The notes beneath the pieces are model-generated. The model saw only the letters and a program-made list of their open reading frames with translations. It did no database searches and was not told where the DNA came from. Source: Candidatus Delongbacteria bacterium (GTDB lineage: Bacteria; CAIWAD01). From it: DNA of 64,000 bases. The DNA lies in assembly GCA_963663545.1 (NCBI GenBank), contig OY760505.1, forward strand, positions 2,272,001 through 2,336,000, given 5' to 3'. The translations under genes and the position numbers were made by a program. This document shows positions 10,249 through 20,349 of the stretch, piece by piece (position 1 is the stretch's first letter; the number at the start of each line of letters is the position of its first letter).

Positions 10249-13245
10249 ATGGCGACCAAGAAGCTGGTCTATTTCTTCGGTGATGGTAAGGCCGACGGCA
10301 ATGCCGGCCAGAAGGAACTGCTGGGTGGTAAGGGTGCGAATCTGGCCGAGATGAGCCGGATCGGTGTGCCCGTACCCGCCGGATTCACCATCACCACGGA
10401 AGTCTGCCAGATGTTCGAGAAGGCCAACGCAAAGCCTTCTCCCGAACTGGTGAAGCAGGTCAAAGCCAACATGAAGACCGTCGAGAAGGCTATGGGCGCG
10501 GTCTTTGGCGACAAGAAGAATCCCCTGCTGTTCAGCGTGCGCTCCGGCGCCCGCGAGTCCATGCCGGGCATGATGGACACCATCCTCAACCTCGGTCTTA
10601 ACGACACCACCGTGCAGGCTCTCGCCGCGAAGACCGGCAATCCCCGTTTTGCCTTTGACTCCTACCGTCGTTTTGTCGCCATGTATGGCGAAGTCGTGAT
10701 GCGTACGCCCGATGACGAGGCCACCGGCCGCTCCATCTTTGAGGTTACCCTCGAGAAGAAGAAAGAAGAGCTGGGCATTCACCTCGACACCGAGTTCAGC
10801 GCAGAAGATCTGCAGGATCTGGTCGCCCGCTTCAAGGCCGAAATCAAGAAGCGCACCGGCAAGGTCTTCCCGGACGATCCGATGGAGCAGCTCTGGGGCG
10901 CCATCAAGGCCGTCTTTGATTCCTGGTACAACAAGCGCGCCTACGAGTATCGCCGCATGAACGGCATCCCCCACAACTGGGGAACGGCCGTCAACGTGCA
11001 GTCCATGGTTTTCGGAAACATGGGCGAGAACAGCGGTACCGGTGTTGCCTTCACCCGCGACCCGGCTACCGGAGAGAAGCGCTTCTTTGGTGAGTATCTG
11101 ATGAATGCTCAGGGCGAGGACGTGGTGGCCGGTACCCGCACACCGCATCCGATTGAAGATCTGCAGAAGGGCATGCCCAAGGTCTACAAGCAGCTCGAAG
11201 CCATCTACAAGAAGCTCGAGAAGCATTACCGCGACATGCAGGATCTGGAGTTCACCATCCAGGACGGCAAGCTGTGGATGCTCCAGACCCGTAACGGCAA
11301 GCGCACCGGTTTTGCGGCGTTCAACATTGCAGTGGACATGGTTCGCGAGAAGCTGATCAAGGCCGACGAGGCGCTGCTGCGTCTGAAGGCCGATCAGCTG
11401 GACCAGCTACTGCAGCCGATTTTTGATCTCGATGACAAGAAGAAGGCCATCAAGGCCGGTCGCTTCCTGGCCAAGGGCTTGAACGCGGGTCCGGGCGCCG
11501 CTTGCGGTCGTATCGCCTTCACCCCCGACCGCGCTGTCGAGTATTCGCGCAAGGGTGACACCGTCATTCTGACTCGCATCGAGACCAGCCCCGAGGATAT
11601 CGCCGGCATGAAGGTCGCCGTGGGTATTCTGACCGCCCGTGGTGGTGCTACGTCTCACGCCGCGCTGGTCGCCCGTCAGATGGGCAAGGTCTGCGTCGCC
11701 GGTTGCGGCACGCTGGACATCGACTACGCCAAGGGCACCATGAAGGTGGCCGGTCGCACGCTGAAGGAAGGCGACTACATCTCCATCGATGGTACCACCG
11801 GTGAGGTGCTCGAGGGCGCCGTGCAGACTCGTCCCAGCGAAGTCATTCAGGCTCTGCTGCCCGATCCCGCGCTGCCGAAGGCTCGCCGCGAGAAGGCCAT
11901 GGCCGAGGCTCGCAAGGGTCGCGTCTACAAGAACTATGAGCAGATCATGAAGTGGGCCGACGACTTCCGTCGCCTGGCCGTGCGCACCAACGCCGATCAG
12001 CCTGATCAGTGTGAGACCGCCGTGCGCTTTGGTGCCCAAGGTATCGGCCTCTGCCGTACCGAGCACATGTTCTTTGGTGGTGAGAAGATCAAGGCCATGC
12101 GCCGCATGATTCTTTCCGCCGACGAGGACGGTCGCCGCAAGGCCCTGGCCAAGCTGCTGCCGCTCCAGCAGAAGGATTTCGAAGGCATCTTTGCCGCCAT
12201 GGGTGATCGTCCCGTGACCATCCGCACCCTCGACCCGCCGCTGCACGAGTTCGTGCCCCAGGGCGAAGAGGAGATCAAGGATTTGGCCAAGGACATGGGG
12301 ATCACCGTAGCCGATGTGAAGACGCGCATCGCCGGTCTGCACGAGTCCAATCCCATGCTCGGACACCGTGGTTGCCGTCTGGGCATCGTGTATCCGGAAA
12401 TCACCGAGATGCAAGCCCGCGCCATCTTCCGCGCCGCCATCAAGGTGGCCAAGACAGGCGTGAAGGTGCAGCCCGAGGTCATGATTCCGCTGGTCGGTCA
12501 CAAGCCTGAGCTTGTGGATCAGGCGGGCATCGTGCGCAGAGTGGCCGAGGAAGAGATCGCCGCTGCCAAGGTCAAGTTGAACTACTTGGTCGGCACCATG
12601 ATCGAGATTCCGCGTGCGGCCTTGACCGCTGCCGAGATCGCCGAGGAAGCCCAGTTCTTCAGCTTCGGCACCAACGACCTGACCCAGATGGGAATGGGCA
12701 TCAGTCGCGACGACGCCGGTGTCTTCCTGCCTGAGTATCAGGAGCGCGGCATCATGGAGTACAACCCCTTCGCGTCGCTGGACAAGGTTGGTATTGGTCG
12801 TCTGATGCGTATTGCCGTGGAAGACGGTCGCAGCACCCGTCCCGATATCAAGCTGGGTATCTGCGGTGAGCACGGTGGTGATCCGAGCTCCATCGAATTC
12901 TGCCACGAAGTGGGTCTGGCTTACGTGAGCTGCAGCCCCTACCGCGTGCCGGTTGCCCGTTTGGCCGCTGCCATTGCCGAGCTGAAGAACCCGCGCAAGG
13001 CGCCTGCGAGCAAAAAGGCCTCGAGCAAAAAGGCGGTAGCCAAGAAGCCGACGGCCAAAAAGCCGACGGCCAAAAAGCCGGCTGCCAAAAAGACCGTTGC
13101 TGAGAAAGCACCCGCCAAGAAGGTGCCCACCAAAAAGGCGCCGACCAAGAAGGCTCCCGTGAAGCCTGCACCGGTCAAGCCCGCGCCCGTCAAGAAGACA
13201 GCGCCCGTCAAAAAGACGGCGCCCAGAAAGACGACCGGCAAGTAA
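10249..13245 (+). CDS. ppdK: Pyruvate, phosphate dikinase with C-terminal Lys/Ala/Pro-rich tail
   Basis: RBS AAAGGAG; '[11 protein letters not shown]', 'GGATSHAA' phospho-His, '[12 protein letters not shown]', '[10 protein letters not shown]', 'GICGEHGG'. Confidence 0.97.
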   Translation: MATKKLVYFFGDGKADGNAGQKELLGGKGANLAEMSRIGVPVPAGFTITTEVCQMFEKANAKPSPELVKQVKANMKTVEKAMGAVFGDKKNPLLFSVRSGARESMPGMMDTILNLGLNDTTVQALAAKTGNPRFAFDSYRRFVAMYGEVVMRTPDDEATGRSIFEVTLEKKKEELGIHLDTEFSAEDLQDLVARFKAEIKKRTGKVFPDDPMEQLWGAIKAVFDSWYNKRAYEYRRMNGIPHNWGTAVNVQSMVFGNMGENSGTGVAFTRDPATGEKRFFGEYLMNAQGEDVVAGTRTPHPIEDLQKGMPKVYKQLEAIYKKLEKHYRDMQDLEFTIQDGKLWMLQTRNGKRTGFAAFNIAVDMVREKLIKADEALLRLKADQLDQLLQPIFDLDDKKKAIKAGRFLAKGLNAGPGAACGRIAFTPDRAVEYSRKGDTVILTRIETSPEDIAGMKVAVGILTARGGATSHAALVARQMGKVCVAGCGTLDIDYAKGTMKVAGRTLKEGDYISIDGTTGEVLEGAVQTRPSEVIQALLPDPALPKARREKAMAEARKGRVYKNYEQIMKWADDFRRLAVRTNADQPDQCETAVRFGAQGIGLCRTEHMFFGGEKIKAMRRMILSADEDGRRKALAKLLPLQQKDFEGIFAAMGDRPVTIRTLDPPLHEFVPQGEEEIKDLAKDMGITVADVKTRIAGLHESNPMLGHRGCRLGIVYPEITEMQARAIFRAAIKVAKTGVKVQPEVMIPLVGHKPELVDQAGIVRRVAEEEIAAAKVKLNYLVGTMIEIPRAALTAAEIAEEAQFFSFGTNDLTQMGMGISRDDAGVFLPEYQERGIMEYNPFASLDKVGIGRLMRIAVEDGRSTRPDIKLGICGEHGGDPSSIEFCHEVGLAYVSCSPYRVPVARLAAAIAELKNPRKAPASKKASSKKAVAKKPTAKKPTAKKPAAKKTVAEKAPAKKVPTKKAPTKKAPVKPAPVKPAPVKKTAPVKKTAPRKTTGK

Positions 13246-13266
13246 TTGCCAGCTTCCGCATGACAC

Positions 13267-13296
13267 AAGCCCCCCGGGTATCCGGGGGGCTTTTCC
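13267..13296 (+). terminator. Rho-independent terminator after ppdK
   Basis: AAGCCCCCCGG-GTAT-CCGGGGGGCTT hairpin followed by a T-tract. Confidence 0.85.
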
Positions 13297-13326
13297 TTGT
13301 CAGACCTGAACTAAGGCAGGACGCTC

Positions 13327-14103
13327 ATGGCTGTATCACTTAGCATCTCCATCATCGGTCACAACGAGGCGGATCATTTGCGCCGCCTGTTGCCAACGCT
13401 CGCCTGGGCCGATGAGATCATTTACGTGGACTGCGAAAGTGCCGACGGCAGCTGCGATGTGGCACGGGAGTTTACTGACAAGGTTTTCCAGCGGCCAAAT
13501 GATATGAGCATCAATATCAACAAGGCTTTTGGCATTCATCAGGCGACCTGCGACTGGGTGTTTTACATGGATCCCGACGAGCGCTTACCGCAGGATCTGG
13601 TGGCTGAGATTCGTAATACAATTGCTGGAGACACGGAATTTGCTGCCTTCAGTCTGCCGCGTCGCAACCACTTCTTCGGTCGCTGGCTGAAGCGTGGCAG
13701 CATGTATCCGGATCGCCAGCTTCGGCTGTTTAAGCGGGGTGCTGCCGATTTCGCTAATCGGCACATTCATGAGAAGCTGACCGTAAATGGGCGCATTGGT
13801 CGCTTGCGTCACGCCTTTGATCATCATCCGTATGAGCGTTTAAGTCAGATGATCGCCAAGTTCAATCGTGATACAAATGCTGAAGCGGGCTATCTTCATC
13901 GAGATGGGGTGTCACGCAAACGACTGAGCTGGATCAGGCTTTGTATCACGAAACCGCTGATTCGCTTTACTCGCCGCTATATTTTCAAGCTGGGTTTCTT
14001 GGATGGGCTGCCCGGACTGATCGCGCCTCTTGCTGATGCGCTTTCCTGGCCGGTGCGCTGGTTCAAGGCTCGCGAGTTGGACAATCCCAGGCCGCGCCCA
14101 TGA
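13327..14103 (+). CDS. GT2 glycosyltransferase (WaaE/KdtX-like LPS beta-glucosyltransferase)
   Basis: 'VDCESADGS', 'DPDE', 'YPDRQLRLF', 'IHE', 'KLGFLDGLPG'. Confidence 0.88.
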   Translation: MAVSLSISIIGHNEADHLRRLLPTLAWADEIIYVDCESADGSCDVAREFTDKVFQRPNDMSININKAFGIHQATCDWVFYMDPDERLPQDLVAEIRNTIAGDTEFAAFSLPRRNHFFGRWLKRGSMYPDRQLRLFKRGAADFANRHIHEKLTVNGRIGRLRHAFDHHPYERLSQMIAKFNRDTNAEAGYLHRDGVSRKRLSWIRLCITKPLIRFTRRYIFKLGFLDGLPGLIAPLADALSWPVRWFKARELDNPRPRP

Positions 14104-15122
14104 AGCGCTTTCTGATTGTGCGCACCGATCGCATCGGCGATCTGATGCTTACTGTTCCCCTGGTCAGCGCACTGCAGGAACGGCACCCCGGATGCAGCGT
14201 GAGTATGCTGGTCAGCGCCTACGCCGGACCGCTGCTGAGTTTGCATAAAGGGATTCACGAAGTTCTGGTGTATCACGGTGATACAGAGCACAGAGGCGTT
14301 GGTGGACTTCTTCGCCTGGCGGCCCTGCTGCGCGAACGACGCTTTGACGCAGCCGTACTGGCCCATCCGCGTCCCGAACTGGCTCTGGTACTCAAACTGG
14401 CTGGTATTCGCAATCGCATTGGTACCGGCTATCGCTGGTACAGCTTCCTGCTGAATGAGCGTGTCAAACAGCACCGTGCCCGTGGCGGTATGCACGAGTC
14501 CGACTTCAACCTGGCATTGGCAGCCGGTCTGCTTGGTGAGACAACTTCGGCTCCTGTTTTTGACTTCGACTGGGAATGCGCGAAGGCCGCGTGGCGCAAA
14601 GCCTTTCCTCTTGAATCAGCACATCCCTATTTCGTGATACACGCCGGCTGTGGCGGTAGCGCTCCGAATCTTCAGACCGCACGCTATCGCATGCTAGCTC
14701 AGCGCGTTTTGGAGCGCACGGATTGGCAGCTTGTGCTCAGCGGTTCTCCCGCCGAGGCTGAGCTGGCGCAAGAAGTGGCTCAGGGTCTACCTGCGGATCG
14801 CGTAATACTTCTGGCCGGACGTATGGATCTGGTCCAGTTAACCGGCATGCTTGCCGATGCACGCCTGCTGATGGCAGGTAGCACGGGTCCGCTACACCTG
14901 GCCGCAGCAGCGGCTACTCCGGTACTCTCCTGGTTTTGTCCCGCACTTAGCCGGGCCGCAGATCGTTGGGGACCTGTCGGTCAGCTACAGTGGGTGTTGC
15001 AGCCTGACCTTGAACCTTGTGCGCGCTGGCAGGAGTGTCAGTACGGCAATTGCCTGGATCACCTGAGCGATTCGCAATTACTCGACCAGCTCGATCGCAG
15101 GCTGAACTCCCTCGGCGTGTAA
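14100..15122 (+). CDS. GT9 glycosyltransferase (LPS heptosyltransferase family)
   Basis: 'RTDRIGDL', 'STGPLHLAAA', 'RWGP'. Confidence 0.9.
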   Translation: MKRFLIVRTDRIGDLMLTVPLVSALQERHPGCSVSMLVSAYAGPLLSLHKGIHEVLVYHGDTEHRGVGGLLRLAALLRERRFDAAVLAHPRPELALVLKLAGIRNRIGTGYRWYSFLLNERVKQHRARGGMHESDFNLALAAGLLGETTSAPVFDFDWECAKAAWRKAFPLESAHPYFVIHAGCGGSAPNLQTARYRMLAQRVLERTDWQLVLSGSPAEAELAQEVAQGLPADRVILLAGRMDLVQLTGMLADARLLMAGSTGPLHLAAAAATPVLSWFCPALSRAADRWGPVGQLQWVLQPDLEPCARWQECQYGNCLDHLSDSQLLDQLDRRLNSLGV

Positions 15123-15264
15123 CACACAAGCAAGCCGCCAGCGCGCGCGCTGGCAGGAGTGTCAGCACGGCAATTGCCTGGATCACCTGAGCGATTCGCG
15201 ATTACTCGACCAGCTCGATCGCAGGCTGAACTCCATTGTCGTGTAACACACAAGCAAGCCGTCA
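15021..15264 (+). repeat. Tandem duplication of 120 bp covering the GT9 3' end (15021-15140 and 15145-15264)
   Basis: Direct alignment: 114/120 identical, period 124 bp. Confidence 0.95.
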
Positions 15265-15295
15265 ATGTCCACTTCGACCTCCAGACCAAATCTGA

Positions 15296-15655
15296 TCAGG
15301 CGGCCAACTCGCGGCCAACTCGAGCCGGCTTCTGCGTGTGAACAACGTCCAGGCGCAGACCGCGGTCACGGGCGAAGGCCTCAAAGAGCTGTTGGTTCTC
15401 CACACGATCCCCGAGAAAGAGCGAGAAGTCCGGGTCCACTAGAACGAGCGAGGGGCAATTGCTCTGCGTAATCAGCTCGAACAGCGTTTCCAGCCAGGGG
15501 CGCGGCGCCCCCAGACGCACGGCTAGATCCCGGCTACGCAACCCTGCCTCGTCTACACACAACCCGCCCCAGGCTACCAGGCCCAACTCGCGAAGGCGAG
15601 CCACCGACTGCTGAAAACTGACCATCAGGGGGCGCTTGTTCTTGTTGGCGTTCAT
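15296..15655 (-). CDS. Hypothetical protein (119 aa)
   Basis: GAAAGGA RBS upstream of ATG 15655; fills the gap between flanking genes. Confidence 0.55.
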   Translation of the reverse strand: MNANKNKRPLMVSFQQSVARLRELGLVAWGGLCVDEAGLRSRDLAVRLGAPRPWLETLFELITQSNCPSLVLVDPDFSLFLGDRVENQQLFEAFARDRGLRLDVVHTQKPARVGRELAA

Positions 15656-15949
15656 GTCCGGATCCTTTCGGTTTGTTGTCCATTTCGAATCTGGACACAA
15701 GAACGAGGGGGGCTGGGACTTTTTCGGATTCCCTGAGGAGTGAGCTGCGACGAGCTCGTCATGCAAAGAGTGATCCTCTTCGTCAGGCTGGCTTTTTGCC
15801 GGTGTTATTGTCGGTACACGAGATTCTGCCTGTTGCTGACGCACCTTGGGACGCTGTGTAGTGTTATGCCCTACTTGATTGTTTTTCTAGTTTTGCCAAA
15901 TCAGTATTCAGGTAAGGTGGGAGATAAAAATCCTCATGGTGTTTTTTGT

Positions 15950-15978
15950 TTGCCGGGATTGATAGTTGCCACTATCTT
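15950..15978 (+). promoter_or_regulatory. Putative sigma70-like promoter with an overlapping palindrome, upstream of the selenoprotein gene
   Basis: TTGCCG-N17-TATCTT; inverted repeat GATAGT-TGCC-ACTATC at 15961-15976. Confidence 0.4.
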
Positions 15979-16074
15979 GCACGCTCAACAGCTTCATGGC
16001 TACCTCCCGGAGCTTTGAAGCTGCCCCCAAACAGGTGATGGAAAACTCGACCCAACCGAGAGAAAGGAACAGGC

Positions 16075-17856
16075 ATGAAGCGAGTGATGGCCATAGGCCT
16101 GCTGCTTCTAGGCGCGTCCGTGTCGCAGGCGGTGTATGTGGTGGGGGATACCCCCTCCGATTTCACCTGCACGGACTGGGATGGAAACAGCTGGAACCTA
16201 TACGATCAGCGCGGCAAAGTGCTTATCATGAGTTTCGGGTACCCCACGTGACCCGGTTGCAGGACGGAGTTTCCGATCCTTCAGAACAACTTCCGCGAAG
16301 TCTACAGCGAAGAAATCCTCTCCATCGTTCACATTGACACCCAGGGAAACAGCGCATCGGCGCTTCATACGGCGTGGGATTCGTATGACCCAACCTTCCC
16401 TGTTCTAACCAGTTGCAACACATACGGCCAGTACGGCGACGGCTACGTGCCCTACAACGTGTTCATCGATTCCGAAGGCATTGTGCGCTTCACCGACTCG
16501 GGATTTGATGCAGATACCATGCACGACCTCATCGCAACCTATGGCCCCGTGTATCACCCCGAGTTTGCCATTGACGAATTGCTGGTGCTGAACGACGCCA
16601 ACGCCGATGGTCGTCCTGACCCGGGCGAAAGCGTGGATGTGCAGCTGACGCTGCGCAATATTCCACGTGCCGTTTACGGCGGAACCGGCATTTCGGTCGT
16701 CATGAGCAGCAACAGCAATGACATTACCGTAACCAGCGATCCGGTCAGCTTCCCGGATGCCGAACCCGGCGAGAGTACCACGGGTAGGGCGCTTTTCAGC
16801 TTCACCGTTAACGAAGGCTTCGCGACCAGTTGGGCAACGCTCTCTTTCGACTGGAGCTGCAATTACAGCGAAGGTTCGCAAACCGGCAGCTTGGATTTCG
16901 AGCAGCGCCTTGGTCGTCCCGACCTGTTGATCGTCGACTCCGACGGCAGCCTGGATGACAACGAAACCTTCGTGACAGACGCTTTTGACGGTCTCGACCG
17001 CGAGTACGACCTCTGGAGCGGCGGCGACCTGCCCGCGAGTGAAGTTGCCAACTACAGCGAGATCTTCTGGCTCGGCGGCAAGAATACCAGCGACCTCAAT
17101 CTGGATCAAGCCAATGCTCTGGCCGATTTCATGACGGAAGGCGGCTTGCTGGTACTGAGCAGTCAGTACGCCACTGACAACGCCGAGACGGCGGACTTCT
17201 TCGCCAACAGCTTTGGTGTCACGCTGGCCGACGACGACGGCGGTTCGATCTTCTTGTGCTCGAGCCCTGAGGACGACGCCTACTTCAGCGCGATTTCGAT
17301 TGTGGCCACCGGCACCCAGGGCGCCAACAACAACGAGACGCCCGACGTGCTTGAGATCAGCGGCGGCAGCAATGAGCTCTTCCGTTGGACTCAGGGCGAC
17401 GGCGGCATTTCGGCCGTGTACCGCCACATCTACGGCGAGGGCCTCTTCATTTTCGCTGGCTTCCCGCTGGAGGCCATGCGCGTCTACTCGAGCTTGCCCA
17501 ATTCCATTAACTACACGGGTTTTGTGGAGCGCGTCTATGCTGCGTATGAGATGGTTACCTCGGTAGACGATCCCATCGTCGCTGTGCCGCAGGAGTACCA
17601 GATCAGCCAGGTGTATCCGAACCCCTTCAACCCGAGCACCAGCATCAGTTTGCAAATGACCGTTGCCGGCGATGTTGAACTCGCCGTCTTCGATCTGCTG
17701 GGACGTCAGGTGAGTGTGCTTAACGAGGGCGTTTTGGCCGCAGGCGAGCACCAGTTCAGCTTCCGTGCAGACGGCCTGGGTTCAGGCCTGTACTTCGTCA
17801 AGCTGTCGGTGGATGGCGTGTTACGTGATACGGCTTCCATCACCTTGGTGAAGTAG
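16075..17856 (+). CDS. Secreted TlpA/redoxin-domain selenoprotein (UxxC) with type-A T9SS C-terminal domain, 593 aa
   Basis: RBS AAAGGAA and ATG 16075; signal peptide; 'VGDTPSDFTCTDWDG...GKVLIMSFGYPT-U(TGA 16249-16251)-PGCRTEFP'. Stays in frame into ORF 16447-17856, which ends with 'VYPNPFNPST...LGSGLYFVKL...ITLVK'. Confidence 0.85.
16261..16280 (+). promoter_or_regulatory. Putative bacterial SECIS hairpin
   Basis: AGGA-CGGA-GTT-TCCG-A-TCCT stem-loop; loop begins with G, 17 nt after the TGA. Confidence 0.65.
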
Positions 17857-17880
17857 TCGTCGAAGTAGATTTTTCTAGCG

Positions 17881-17917
17881 CCCCCGGTTGCCCGCTGCAG
17901 CCGGGGGTTTGCTTTTC
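17881..17917 (+). terminator. Rho-independent terminator
   Basis: CCCCCGGTTGC-CCGCT-GCAGCCGGGGG followed by TTTGCTTTT. Confidence 0.75.
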
Positions 17918-17991
17918 TAAGCAGCTAAAGCCGCGATTTGCTATTCTGCTGCAGGTGTTGTCGACCCAGGTTCCCCTGCCAAGGAAGCGCG

Positions 17992-18339
17992 ATGGACAAG
18001 AAGCAGATTCTGTTGATTGAAGACGAGGATGCGCTGCGCGACGTATGCACGCAGATGCTGGAGTTTCTGGGTTATGGTGTTTGCGCGGTGGCCAGCGGCA
18101 AAGAGGCCCTCGATACCTACCAGCCTTCCCGCTTTGACGCGCTCTTGCTGGATGTGAATTTACCCGACTTTTCCGGCCACAAAGTGATGTCGCTGATTCT
18201 GGAACAGGATACCAGCCAGCAGATTGTGCTGTGCAGCGGCGAGGATCTGAGTGATCAGGGATTGACGGTACCCATCCTTGTCAAGCCTTATCGCCTCACC
18301 GAATTGAAGTCCTGTCTGGACAGCCTCTTCAATACCTGA
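17992..18339 (+). CDS. Single-domain response regulator (REC)
   Basis: 'ILLIEDE', 'LLDVNLP', 'CSG', 'KPY'. Confidence 0.9.
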   Translation: MDKKQILLIEDEDALRDVCTQMLEFLGYGVCAVASGKEALDTYQPSRFDALLLDVNLPDFSGHKVMSLILEQDTSQQIVLCSGEDLSDQGLTVPILVKPYRLTELKSCLDSLFNT

Positions 18340-18376
18340 TTTTGCATAAGCCTCGCACGGGCAGTACCTTTTCGCG

Positions 18377-19432
18377 ATGCAAAACCCGCACTTCGAGCCT
18401 CTGCCGGCCATCGCCGGCCTGAGTCACAAGGACTTGGCCGCACACCCCTTGCTGGCGGAGCTGCCCTCTTTTCGCGTTGACCAAGTGTATAACTGGATCT
18501 ATGCGCGTCACGTGCTCGATTGGGAGGACATGACCAATCTATCCAAAGCCTTACGCGCCGAGTTCGCTTTGCGGGCCAAGGTGCTTGGGCTGCATGTGGA
18601 GCGGCGCCTGAGCAGTGCCATCAGTGCGTGTGACAAAGTGCTCTTTCGTTTGCACGACGGTGCGGCCGTGGAGGCCGTGTGGATGCGCTTTGACAGACGA
18701 CAGACGCTGTGTGTGTCCACGCAGGTGGGTTGTGCCATGGGCTGCACCTTTTGTGCGACGGCAACCATGGGACTGCGTCGACACTTGACGTCGGCGGAAA
18801 TCGTCCAGCAGGTTCTGTTCTTTCAGCACGAAGCACAAGGCGCATTGAGCAATCTGGTCTTCATGGGTATGGGAGAGCCACTGCACAACTACGAGCACGT
18901 GACACAAGCCTGCCGTATCCTCAACGATCCCGCCGGCATGAATTTCAGTCGCCGCCGTATCACAGTTTCCACCGTCGGCCTTGTGCCACAGATTCATCGC
19001 CTGGCCAGTGACAATGTGCCCTGCAAACTTGCCGTCAGTCTCAATTCGGTGTTTGACGATGTGCGCAGTAGGCTGATGCCCGTCAATCGCAAGTACGGCC
19101 TGCGCGAATTATTCGACGCTTGCCGCGCCTATACCAAGGCTACGGGTTTGCGTGTCACATTCGAGTATGTCCTGCTTGAGGGCGTGAATGATCGCCCTGA
19201 AGATATTCGCGAATTGCGTCGGAGTCTCTCGCAACTTCCCTGCAAGCTGAATCTGATTTACTACAACCAGGCGGATCGGGGTTATCAGACAGCGGCCCGT
19301 GATACATTCCAACGGTTTTTTGACGCATTGGAAACGGCACACGTTCCCGTGACACTGCGGCAGAGCATGGGCGAGGATATCGATGCTGCCTGCGGCCAGT
19401 TGAGCATTCGTGAGGAAAACGAGCGATGCTAG
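18377..19432 (+). CDS. rlmN: 23S rRNA (A2503-C2)/tRNA methyltransferase RlmN
   Basis: 'CVSTQVGCAMGCTFC', 'FMGMGEPLHN', 'DIDAACGQL'. Confidence 0.95.
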   Translation: MQNPHFEPLPAIAGLSHKDLAAHPLLAELPSFRVDQVYNWIYARHVLDWEDMTNLSKALRAEFALRAKVLGLHVERRLSSAISACDKVLFRLHDGAAVEAVWMRFDRRQTLCVSTQVGCAMGCTFCATATMGLRRHLTSAEIVQQVLFFQHEAQGALSNLVFMGMGEPLHNYEHVTQACRILNDPAGMNFSRRRITVSTVGLVPQIHRLASDNVPCKLAVSLNSVFDDVRSRLMPVNRKYGLRELFDACRAYTKATGLRVTFEYVLLEGVNDRPEDIRELRRSLSQLPCKLNLIYYNQADRGYQTAARDTFQRFFDALETAHVPVTLRQSMGEDIDAACGQLSIREENERC

Positions 19433-20349
19433 CGGAACGGGCCACAGTCAAGTACGGCAAGGCCGGAGATATTGTGCTCTCCGTCGTAATCGTGCACTAC
19501 AACACACTTGAGCTTAGCCGGGGTTGTCTGCTCTCGCTGAAGCGTTTTGTATCACAGCCTTGCGAAGTGTTTCTGGTGGACAATGCTTCCACCGACGGTT
19601 CCGGTGAGACATTGGCGCAGGAGTTTCCGTGGATGGAACTGATACGCCTCGAAGCGCCCAGCGGTTTTGGTGCCGCGAACAACCGGGCGGCTGCTCGCGC
19701 ACGCGGACGTTATCTGCTCTTTCTGAATTCGGATACCGAGCTGTTGGACAACTGTCTGGAAGACCTGCTGGCCTTCATGGAAGCGCACGGCGAGTGTGTT
19801 ATGTGCACGCCGCGTCTCGAGCGTCGTGACGGTAGTCTGGATCACAGTTGCCGCCGTAGTTTCCCCTCGCCCGAAGTGGCGCTGTTCAAGATGCTTGGGC
19901 TGAATCGGCTCTTTCCCGGTCACAAGCGCTTTGCGCGCTACGATCTGCGCTTTCTCGATGAGCGCGCGTGTTACGAAGTAGAAGCCATCAGCGGTGCATT
20001 CATGCTGACGCGTAGGACGGCCCTCGAGCATCCTGCGGCTCCTTTCGACGAGGATTACTTCTTCTACGGTGAGGATCTGGATTTCTGCTTTCGCGAGAAA
20101 CAGCGTGGCGGCGCGATCTGGTATCTTGGCACCAGCACTGTAAAGCACTACAAAGGCGGTAGCACGAACAAGCGGGAAGCCTGGGTGATCAAGCAGTTCC
20201 ATTTGACCATGCGCACCTTCTACGATAAGCACTACCGGCGGCAGTATGCGTTTCCGGTGACTTGGTTTGTCTACCTGGGCATTTATCTGCGGCTAGTCTA
20301 CAGTCTGCTGCGAAATGTGTTTTTGCCAGCCAAGGTCAAGGAAGCATGA
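19426..20349 (+). CDS. GT2 glycosyltransferase (WbbL/rhamnosyltransferase-like)
   Basis: 'VDNASTDGS', 'GFGAANN', 'LFLNSDT', 'FDEDYFFYGEDLD'. Confidence 0.9.
   Translation: MLAERATVKYGKAGDIVLSVVIVHYNTLELSRGCLLSLKRFVSQPCEVFLVDNASTDGSGETLAQEFPWMELIRLEAPSGFGAANNRAAARARGRYLLFLNSDTELLDNCLEDLLAFMEAHGECVMCTPRLERRDGSLDHSCRRSFPSPEVALFKMLGLNRLFPGHKRFARYDLRFLDERACYEVEAISGAFMLTRRTALEHPAAPFDEDYFFYGEDLDFCFREKQRGGAIWYLGTSTVKHYKGGSTNKREAWVIKQFHLTMRTFYDKHYRRQYAFPVTWFVYLGIYLRLVYSLLRNVFLPAKVKEA

Noticed and set aside
12985..13245. Short repeats as a CRISPR array or VNTR
   Set aside because: They are in-frame degenerate codon repeats encoding the Lys/Ala/Pro tail, with no constant repeat and unique spacer structure.
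11407..13266. Long antisense ORFs (also 3022-4476, 16405-17751, 39608-41269)
   Set aside because: Shadow ORFs opposite well-supported, codon-biased genes, with no recognisable motifs.
15021..15264. Possible DGR template/variable repeat pair
   Set aside because: Mismatches are not adenine-specific in either copy or strand, and there is no reverse transcriptase in the window.
16249..16251. TGA as evidence for genetic code 4/25 or for a pseudogene
   Set aside because: Many genes here end in TGA. The codon aligns with the redox Cys rather than Trp or Gly and is followed by a SECIS-like hairpin. A nonsense mutation cannot be formally excluded.
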